A stretch of 21,952 bases of DNA from an uncultured Myxococcales bacterium. Lineage in GTDB: Bacteria; Myxococcota; UBA4151. The translations under genes were made by a program, and so were the position numbers. How positions within the stretch are numbered: the stretch's first letter is position 1; every line of letters starts with the position of its first letter. Location of the stretch: NCBI GenBank assembly GCA_964013405.1, contig CAXGWI010000049.1:1-21952 (forward strand). The letters are read 5' to 3'. The notes under the pieces are model-generated. The model ran no database searches. It was not told where the DNA came from and saw only the letters and a program-made list of their open reading frames with translations. Below are positions 9,255 to 17,300 of the stretch, piece by piece.

Positions 9255-10286
9255 TTATGGGACGGCCGAGATCGCCAGGAAGCTAAGCAGGACAAAGCCA
9301 AGCTGCATGCTGGTCGTGACGATCGGGGCCATGGTGCCGTTGGTTTGTAGCCATCGATGGACGAGGGCTGGGGGGGGCGTTGCATGGGTACCAAGTTTGG
9401 CACCGACGCGGTGCATGAGGGGGGCGCAGATCAAAAGCCCGAGATACAGACTGTAGAACAAACTGAGCAGAGCGATGGCCATCGAAGGACCGATTTTTGA
9501 GGGATCGTTTAGGTTCTGAAAGACGCCCATGGTGCCCATGAAGAAACCCACTCCGCCGGTCATAAGAAAGAGATCTCGACCGGTACGAAGGACTTGGTAG
9601 GCCTCAGTCATGTCTTGGGTCTCCCCTGCGGCCGGGTTCCAAGCCAAGCGAAATGCTCTGAAGACGCCGCTGCGGTATTGGGTCAGCCAGCAGCCCAGAC
9701 CACCACCAAAGACCAAGATGAAAGCCGTTGTGTCCAGGAATGCGGCCCAAGCCCTCCCCAACCACATGACCAAGCCCAAGAACAGGAAGCCGCCGAGCAC
9801 GAGAAGAAGAGAGAGCACGGGCTTCGTGCTTTTGACTGGGGTCCCTTCACCCGGGTCGGGATCCAGTACCTGAAAGCTGTTGATCATCGGAGCCACAAGC
9901 AACTCGGAGAGGATCAGTGCATAGAGGCCGGTGGTGATGACGAGAGCAAGCGCGACATGAAAAGTATTAAAGTCCGACAAGTGGTTGAGCATTTGAACCA
10001 TGCCAATGATCGATCCGACCGCACCGCAAGTACACAGAAGGGAGCGAAGTCCTTGCAGCGTCTCACGGTGTTGCAGCGCCACACCCGGTGGAATGGCCTC
10101 TGACTTGCCTGCGGCAACGATCGCTGCAGCCAGGGAACCGGGGCCCAGGTAGCCAGCGGCGAGAAAGAGGCAGGGAATGACGACGCTGAGGATCGAGGCA
10201 GTGTCCAGAAGCGCCACATGGCTGGCTGTCGTCATGACAAAGGCAAAGATCCCCGCGGTCGCGAGGAAGAAGAGGATGCGAATCAT
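9255..10286 (-). CDS. Double mini-MotA-like protein (A module + B module + extra C-terminal TM helix)
   Basis: 343 aa. N-half aligns by eye with 7733-8254 (LAAGY.GPG, LRSLLC.CG, TGLYA...SEL.VAP). C-half aligns with 7177-7728 (AY..LR.GR.LF, DP..IGP.MA, GLLIC.PLMHRVGA.LG). GGAGG upstream. Confidence 0.87.
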   Translation of the reverse strand: MIRILFFLATAGIFAFVMTTASHVALLDTASILSVVIPCLFLAAGYLGPGSLAAAIVAAGKSEAIPPGVALQHRETLQGLRSLLCTCGAVGSIIGMVQMLNHLSDFNTFHVALALVITTGLYALILSELLVAPMINSFQVLDPDPGEGTPVKSTKPVLSLLLVLGGFLFLGLVMWLGRAWAAFLDTTAFILVFGGGLGCWLTQYRSGVFRAFRLAWNPAAGETQDMTEAYQVLRTGRDLFLMTGGVGFFMGTMGVFQNLNDPSKIGPSMAIALLSLFYSLYLGLLICAPLMHRVGAKLGTHATPPPALVHRWLQTNGTMAPIVTTSMQLGFVLLSFLAISAVP

Positions 10287-10310
10287 GGTGGCCTCCGGCC
10301 GATGGGGCCC

Positions 10311-10718
10311 TTAAGGCCCGGTGCAGGTTTGGTCGAGTTGGAGGGTAAAGCTGCGAACGAGACTGTCGGGTTCGTCCGTCTCAATAAGACCTGAGGGTTC
10401 AGGGTCACTGCCAGGACGGCAGTGTTCGCCGTCGCCATTGACGTCTTGCCAGCCAAAAAGGCTGAGGCCCTCGCCATGGGTTTGGGGGATCTCCAGTTCA
10501 CGGTCGATGGCACCTGGGCCATCAAACCACTGGGTTTCGATGACCATGTTCCGGGTTTTCAGCATGCCTTCGCCCCAGTGGGTGTGCAGGAACCAGATTT
10601 CCACGGGGCCCTCGGCATCGCTCACGACATCCCCTTGGACTTGCACGATGCGAACGCTTTCGGGGGGCAAGCAGGCGGTGGTCGCAAGGGTGAAACCAAG
10701 TAGAGACAGGCGAATCAT
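10311..10718 (-). CDS. Hypothetical small lipoprotein
   Basis: 135 aa; lipobox TTA-C; beta-rich, with a DVNGDG Ca-loop-like motif and two further Cys. 4-nt ATGA overlap with the upstream gene. Confidence 0.7.
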   Translation of the reverse strand: MIRLSLLGFTLATTACLPPESVRIVQVQGDVVSDAEGPVEIWFLHTHWGEGMLKTRNMVIETQWFDGPGAIDRELEIPQTHGEGLSLFGWQDVNGDGEHCRPGSDPEPSGLIETDEPDSLVRSFTLQLDQTCTGP

Positions 10719-11278
10719 AAGCGCCTCCTAAGACCCACACCGAGGCCGGGAATGGCAAAACGCCCGTCGATCTCACTAAAGCGAAAGGCGGCCTCGAAGC
10801 CCCATCGCTTGGCGAAGGGGATGAGAACCTCCAGATCGACAGCCCAACTGCTGAGGCCTTGCCATTTGAGTCCGGTTGTTTTTTCATCGCCTTCTAGGCG
10901 TTCTGTCCGACGGACAGTGAGCAACTCTCGACCCCAGAGGGTGAGCGTCGGTCGGACCCGGCAGATTCGACAAGACAGGGACAGGCTGCCGCCGATTTGG
11001 GGGCCCTGGACGGAGAGCTCACCCCGCTGATCCCCATAGCCTAGACTCAGCGCCGGTTGCAGCTGCCAGCGGGTTCCGAGCGGCAGGGTGTAGCCGGCTT
11101 CCACCCGGCTCTCCCAACGGGCAAAGGAGGCGGTCTCTACGCGCAGATCGATTTCGATTTGCGGGCTCACCCGATGGGCGGCCCCCAAACCATGCCAGGG
11201 AAAACCGGTGCGCAGACTGAGTTCGGTGTCACCCACCGGGCCTGGGCTCATGAGGGCTAAGGGCAAAAACCAGATCAC
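10715..11278 (-). CDS. Hypothetical protein, possible small outer-membrane beta-barrel
   Basis: 187 aa with many alternating hydrophobic/polar strands ending GLGVGLRRRL; 4-nt overlaps with both neighbours. Signal peptide is weak. Confidence 0.55.
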   Translation of the reverse strand: MIWFLPLALMSPGPVGDTELSLRTGFPWHGLGAAHRVSPQIEIDLRVETASFARWESRVEAGYTLPLGTRWQLQPALSLGYGDQRGELSVQGPQIGGSLSLSCRICRVRPTLTLWGRELLTVRRTERLEGDEKTTGLKWQGLSSWAVDLEVLIPFAKRWGFEAAFRFSEIDGRFAIPGLGVGLRRRL

Positions 11279-12300
11279 CGCTTCACCCCAAAGACCCGCT
11301 CAAAGTTCCCGCCCATGACCAAGTCCGCTTCAGCGGTGGTGTAGTTGGCAGCCACCATGGCATCTCGGGCCTTGCCGGCATAACTCTGGAGAAAGCCCGG
11401 GAACTGAGGCCCATCGCTCCCGTAGATCACGCGGTCGATGAGGCCCATTTCCTTCACTCGGTTCATGACATGCCGCATCTTCTCACCCTCTGGGTCGGAG
11501 CGGTTTGAACCCAGGGCACTGGGCTCAAGAAAGACGTTTGGATAGCGCTTGGCGAGCGTTAGGCAGGTTTCCAAGTCTCCCAGGGTTCGATTGATAAAGT
11601 CGAAACCCATGTGACCCAGAATAAAGGTCGCCTCGGGATGGGTTCGGATGGCCTCTTCGAGGTAGGCGGGATCGGCATAGGGAGCCGACTCCAGCGTGCC
11701 CACAAAGGGACTGTTGCCGGTATGCAGGTAGAGGGGTTTGCCCATGCGCCCGGCCACTTCATAAATGCTGTAGTAGCGGGGATCGTCCATGCGAATGTGC
11801 ATGTGCACATGGGCCATTTTGACGCCGATCATGCCCGGCTTTGAGAGCGCATCTTCCAAGAGGGCCAGCTCGGCCGCAGCATCGGTCTCCCACCGATCGA
11901 CCCGCAAACTGGCGAGCCCATAGAGTCGGTCTGGGGCTTCAGAGACTTGCTTGATGGCCTGCTCGTTGGTGGCGATGCCCACGGAATGGGGGGCGTAGAC
12001 CGCGAGGACCACGCCCCGCCGCAGGTTCGCCTTGTCCAATTCGGCCACGATTCCTTCGGTCGTCAGTTGATCTTCCGCCAGCCCGCCGGGATCCAAGTTG
12101 AAAGGAAAGGGGAAGTTGTTCGCCAACTCTTCCTGAGCAGGAGGCGGAATCTGGGACCACTCGCCCACATGCAGGTGCATATCGACCGCTTGGATCACCT
12201 CGCCCTCGTAGAGAAAGTCAGTGACCTTGTCGTCACACGCGCTAAAAACCAGGGCCAGGGCGACCACGGTTGCCAGCGATCTGGTGGTTCCGTTCATCAT
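11275..12300 (-). CDS. Amidohydrolase-family (Amidohydro_2-like) metal-dependent hydrolase, predicted lipoprotein
   Basis: DMHLH (HxH), LYLHTG, ILGHMG and YGSDGP motifs; N-terminal signal with lipobox FSA-C; GGGAG upstream. Confidence 0.88.
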   Translation of the reverse strand: MMNGTTRSLATVVALALVFSACDDKVTDFLYEGEVIQAVDMHLHVGEWSQIPPPAQEELANNFPFPFNLDPGGLAEDQLTTEGIVAELDKANLRRGVVLAVYAPHSVGIATNEQAIKQVSEAPDRLYGLASLRVDRWETDAAAELALLEDALSKPGMIGVKMAHVHMHIRMDDPRYYSIYEVAGRMGKPLYLHTGNSPFVGTLESAPYADPAYLEEAIRTHPEATFILGHMGFDFINRTLGDLETCLTLAKRYPNVFLEPSALGSNRSDPEGEKMRHVMNRVKEMGLIDRVIYGSDGPQFPGFLQSYAGKARDAMVAANYTTAEADLVMGGNFERVFGVKR

Positions 12301-12410
12301 CCAGCTCCCATCGGGTATTAATCAACTACCAAGTAGATAAAAAAATATCGTCGGATGTTCGCCCGAGCCGTAGGACCTGGCTCCTGGCGCTGCCTTGAGA
12401 GGCCTTTTGC

Positions 12411-12848
12411 ATGTCCCGTCTGCCCCGTTTGTTCCTGCTCTTTCCCCTTCTCGTCATGCTGTCGGGCTGTTCATGGATCTTTGTGAAAACCGTCGACAAC
12501 TCGCCCCCACCGGCTCGCCGTCATTGCACCAATACCCTCTTGCTCCCGGTTCTCGACGGTATCGGCACGCTGACATCTACCTCCGCAGCCGTGAACCGAA
12601 TGCTGGGCCGGCAAGGGGGCGATATTCTTTGGAATGGGTTGAGCGCTGTGGCCCTGGGCCTGTCGAGTTATTACGGCTTCACGGAGACCAGGCGCTGCCA
12701 GACCTTGAAGGTGACCGGAAGAGACCCGGGGAGCACCGGTGCGTGGCAGCCAAGCGATGGCTTGGTCAGTCCCATCGCCGGCTGTGGTAGCGATCGGGAC
12801 TGCAAGGGCAGCCGAGTGTGCCGCTCAGGGCGTTGTGTCGATCGCTGA
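12411..12848 (+). CDS. Hypothetical lipoprotein with C-terminal Cys-rich motif
   Basis: 145 aa; lipobox LSG-C; two hydrophobic segments; C-terminal CGSDRDCKGSRVCRSGRC; GAGAGG upstream. Confidence 0.75.
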   Translation: MSRLPRLFLLFPLLVMLSGCSWIFVKTVDNSPPPARRHCTNTLLLPVLDGIGTLTSTSAAVNRMLGRQGGDILWNGLSAVALGLSSYYGFTETRRCQTLKVTGRDPGSTGAWQPSDGLVSPIAGCGSDRDCKGSRVCRSGRCVDR

Positions 12849-12871
12849 GATGACTCGGGTACTCGCTCCTC

Positions 12872-14269
12872 TTAGGGGGCTTTGCTTCGAGTATGCTCGA
12901 ACTGCCAATCCACTCTGCAAACGGTTTTGGGGGGCTTTGGGCTCCGCCGACTCGAGGCCCGCCTGGTTCCTTTGATATGGGGTTTGAAGGCCCTCCCTAG
13001 GGCGTCCTTGTAGCGGCTTCCTTGCAGTGGAAGCCCAAGGCATTGAGCTTTCACCTGTCCTAACCGAGGGTTCGTTTCACCCTCGCCGTTGGGCCCAGTT
13101 GAACCGGCATTTTTGCTTTTGAGGAATCGTTGGAGTCTCACCTTGAGTTGGTCCCTGCAGGATTTTTTGTCTTCGGCATTCTGGCACTTTTTCATGCCTT
13201 CTCGCATTTGCTTTCGATAGGCTTGCCGCCGGGCCTGGCTCGACTTCTTGGGGTTGGTTTCCCGTGCCGGAGAAGCAGTCATTCCACCCCTTTCGTTGAT
13301 GTAAAACGTGTAGTGATGACGGCCAAAGAGCCCTCTGCCTGCGTGAGAAAGGCATGATTTGATCTTTTCGAAATGGGGTTTGATCGCGGTGGCGACTGCC
13401 GCAGCATCGCAGGGCTCTTCCGTTTTCAGGTTGTACGTTTTGAGTTGATAGTCACCGGGCCTGCGCACTTGCCATGGGCCATCTTGCCACCTGCGAGGAT
13501 GTTCTTTGTATTCGTAGGTTTGCGTGATGCGGTAGTTCAGGCTGCAGACCTTCTTCGTATCGTTTGGATTCCAGTTGCTTGGCCTCTTCGAGCCCCCCCA
13601 ATACTTGCCCATGGAATTAATGGATTTCTGGATGCAGGTTTCGAGCGCGTCGCGTTTCGTTCCTTGCGCAAGGGCAGGGACGTTCGCTTTGACGGAGAGT
13701 TCGTGGCTATGGGCGGCGAATTCAGCCGCAATATAGGCGACGCCACCATCGTTGATTCCAGCCTGTTCAAAGCAGTGTTCGGCGCCCATGTGATAGGCGT
13801 ACTCTTTGAGTTTCTTGCGCTGACAACGGCCCTTGAAACGCCACTGATCAAAACGCCCCTTCCGGTATCGATAGGGGCGTTTGGCTGCCTCCTGGTCGGC
13901 GAGACGGTCTTTTGGATCCGAGGGGGAGACATCTACCGGCTGAAAGGGGGCGGCAGGCGTCGTTGTTGTGGAAGCAGCCGGGGGGGGAGGCGGTGAAACG
14001 GGGGGATTCTCCTGGGTCGGGGAGGGTGCTGGTGGTGGGGGCGTTGTTTGTTTGGGGGCGCCAGTGCTCGCCGAGGCAGAGGAGTCACCGTCCGCCGCCG
14101 AATCTGCGGTCTCAATCGAGGGGGGCACTGCGATGGATGGGGCGGATTCGGTGGACGACTCCGTCCCCATCGTGGCCGGGTGGTGTGTGGGCTGCTCCAT
14201 CGTGGGTTTGGGAGGATGACCACAGGCGGTAAGCCCTGTGACAAAGAGAATGAGGTGGTGGCTTTTCAT
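12872..14269 (-). CDS. Hypothetical lipoprotein: Pro/Ser/Thr-rich linker + two Cys-containing repeats resembling AgmX/PglI (TonB-C-like) domains
   Basis: 465 aa; lipobox LTA-C; aa ~20-120 low complexity. AIKPHFEKIKSCL....LFG.HHYTFYINERG ... AQCL resembles the AgmX/PglI C-terminal pattern; the domain call is tentative. Confidence 0.65.
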   Translation of the reverse strand: MKSHHLILFVTGLTACGHPPKPTMEQPTHHPATMGTESSTESAPSIAVPPSIETADSAADGDSSASASTGAPKQTTPPPPAPSPTQENPPVSPPPPPAASTTTTPAAPFQPVDVSPSDPKDRLADQEAAKRPYRYRKGRFDQWRFKGRCQRKKLKEYAYHMGAEHCFEQAGINDGGVAYIAAEFAAHSHELSVKANVPALAQGTKRDALETCIQKSINSMGKYWGGSKRPSNWNPNDTKKVCSLNYRITQTYEYKEHPRRWQDGPWQVRRPGDYQLKTYNLKTEEPCDAAAVATAIKPHFEKIKSCLSHAGRGLFGRHHYTFYINERGGMTASPARETNPKKSSQARRQAYRKQMREGMKKCQNAEDKKSCRDQLKVRLQRFLKSKNAGSTGPNGEGETNPRLGQVKAQCLGLPLQGSRYKDALGRAFKPHIKGTRRASSRRSPKPPKTVCRVDWQFEHTRSKAP

Positions 14270-14362
14270 GGCAAACTCTCAATTTCGCTGACGAGCTTGG
14301 CATGTTCCGCGCCGGCCGAGAATGGGGTGTGCGCAAATTTTCGGTTTCGGCGACGACGCTAG

Positions 14363-17300
14363 TTAGTCTGCACCGCAATGGACGTCGCGCCCTGTGCCCT
14401 CCCAAGGCTGACCTTCATCGATGGTTTCGCCGGAATCGAGACGCCCATTGCCGCAATGTCGGCGCCACGTGCTGAGCGTGCGGACTCGCAGGTCTTGCTG
14501 GCCATAAGTAACGACAAAGCGATCTGTGGCGGCGCCTTGGCCAAGCAGTTTGTCGATGGTGACGTGGTGATAGCCATCCATGGATCGACCGATCTCTGAA
14601 TCCTCGAGGGTCGGATTGACTGTGCCTTCGGCCCAGGGGGAATTGGCGAACAGACTGATCCCGTTCCATCCATCGCCTCGTTTATGGGAAGCCGCCCAGC
14701 TTCCATCGGCCGAAAAGAAGGGCCGAGCACACTTCCACGAACCCAATTCCACGAGTTTGAAACCGTCTCTAAGCCGGTGCAAGCCGCAACCATCCAGGCC
14801 GTAGAGTGCTTCTTTTTGCAGCGGCGACATTCCTGCCGTCATTCGGGGCCCGCCGGGCAGGATGTAGCGGCGCTCCCCGTAGAGATCGTAAGCTTGGAGC
14901 GAGCCCCATTGGCGGTTGCAAAAAAGACTGTTGCCGTCTGGGGAGAAGGCGAGAACCCGTTGGTTACTGTCGCCTCCGCCACATTCAGGCCACTGCCGAA
15001 GGGGCGTGAGTTCTTGGTCGAGTAAGATCAGACGACAATTGAGTTCGTCACAACCTGCCACCGCAATTCGTTCGCCTCCCGGCGCCAGGGCAAGTTCCGG
15101 GGAATCGACTTCTGAAGCCCAGCTGGCCTGGGGAGCTTCGGGGGCAAGGAGGTCGTAAAGTTGGACGGTGGCTTGTTGATTCGGCCCCGTGAGTAAGGCC
15201 AGCCAACGGCCCCCTGAATCAATGGCGGGACGGTAGCCAGGCAAGCGGGCAAAGATCAGCCCGCTGTTTACATCCCAGACAAGGACTTCCTCCCCATCAC
15301 TGGACACCACGGTTTGATGGTCGGCGCTCAGGCGAAACCCCGTATGACCTTCGTCCGGGCGCTGGAGTGTTCTTTTGAGTTTCCAAGTGATGGCGTCGAT
15401 AAATCGAACCGTGTTGTCACTGAGGAGCAGCGCTATGGTTTGTTCTTCGGCATCCATGGTCCAGAGATCAATGGAAGCGTGGCCCGCCTCAGGAGGCACA
15501 CGCAGAGGCCGAGCAGCGTCTGTGTTCGGGGGCAGAAGCGGACCTCCCGGAAGGGTTTGGTTGGCGAAGATACTTGTCCGATAATGGAAGCCAGAACTCG
15601 ACCAACTGTAGGTGGTCATTCCACCGATCCCGGGCAGCCGGGCTGTATCGAAAGGAACTCGATTGAAATGGCTCCCGTTGTCGCCGAGATCGACTTGGCC
15701 GAAGACGCCTTCTGGATCGCCCGCAAAAGGGCTTTGCTGGAGGGCGACCTCACCGGCGCGCCCACCGCCGTCAGCGAACCAGAGCGTTTGTGGCGGGCCC
15801 GTAAAGTCCAGTTGGATGAGGGGCTGATTCAGTTGACCGGCCGTGAAGGGGACTTCCGTGGGCGCAGCGAAGAAGGGGGCGGAGCCGGTACCGGGCAGGA
15901 AGGCGATACGGGGTAAAAGGTAGTTTGCATGGGTGCCTGTGGGCTGGGCGAGATCGAGATCCCCATCGCCATCGAGATCGGTCAGAGGACAGGCGAGCCG
16001 GGCCACTTGAGGGGCATAAGGGCTCACCGGATTGGGCCCATGGGACCAGGTTCGATGGCCATGGAATCGAAAAGCCTCTCCCTCTTGGTCCATCACCTGC
16101 ACCCAGCCGCCGCGGTCATCGACACCGCAAAGCACAGCCTCCAAAAAGGGATCGTCGTCTAACTGATGTCGTTGTCCGCCGAGAATCTTCAGGTCACCGG
16201 CATTGGCGCCGACCAAGATAGGTACCGCCAATCCACCGGGGGTGAGTTCAGTCCATCGATGGGGGGGATGGGCATAGATTTGGACGGGATCGCCCACTTC
16301 ACCATTGGGTTCAACCAAGCGAATCTCAAGTTCTCGCCCGTCTCCTAGGTCGGCATGGTCGACCTCTGTGAAATAGATCCAGCCACCATCTTGGGCCACT
16401 GCATCGATGGGCAAGTCCCGAACTTTACTTCGGTTCAGATCCCCTTCAGCGTTGATATCCACCGTCCACAATTCGGCCTTCGTGCAGCCTTGATAAGGGT
16501 CACCACCACCCTCCGCTTGGTCGGCCCGAAAACACTCGCCGGGCAAGCCATCTAAATCAGCAGGTCGAATGGGGGCATAGCCATCGGCCAAGTCCAAGTG
16601 AAAGCGTGTGCTTGCCGCCGCATCTTCCAGGCGAAAGAAGGTGGTGTTGTGAAGGGTAAAGCCGGGCCCATTGTCCGCTGCCGTGGCGATGCGAAGCCCG
16701 TTGAGTTCCGGCAGCGGATAGCCGTCGAGTTCGAGGTTCAGGGTGGGAGCTTGGGGCCACGGTTCTGCGATGGCCGGTTGGATGACACAGGGACGTGCAT
16801 GATTCCGCCCGCCCGCCACCCGCCAGGTCGCTTGGCCCTGAGCGTCCAAGAGCTGGATTCGCTCGTCCGTCCAGCAGTTGGTGACATTCAACCAGACTCG
16901 GAGGCCGACTTTGGGATTTCCAAGGGCATCATTGACGCTGAGCCGGATCGCTTGGCTGTTCTGCGCGCTGAACTCAGCGGGCGGGCTTTGATGGGCCAGG
17001 AATTGTTCCGGCCCATCATCGACCACAGCCTCGAGTGAGCCGCCTACCGGAGGCCCTGGTGTTTGTATGATTCGAAGGGGCTGGATCACCGCGCCGTGTT
17101 GAAGGTTAAATTCACAGTGGTCGTCGCCGCCCAGTGTCACCGCATGGCCCGCGGCGAGTACAACCCCATGATCCCCTCCCAAAATGACTTGGCCCCCGTC
17201 GTCGGTAACCATGTTGTCGGGCCCGATTTGCCCGCAGCCCTCCGGTTGATCGCCAGCCGCGACCGCGGAAAGCCCCAGACCCGCCATGCCCCCGCCGACC

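Noticed and set aside
4160..10286. Zorya defence system, flagellar motAB, TonB-ExbBD or AglRQS gliding motor
   Set aside because: No ZorB/MotB OmpA-like domain, no long ZorA tail, no ExbD/TolR/AglQS and no flagellar genes; the modules lack the cytoplasmic domain.
14297..14312. Sigma-54-like TGGCA...GC spacing
   Set aside because: No TTGC at -12, and it faces the plus strand where there is no credible gene.
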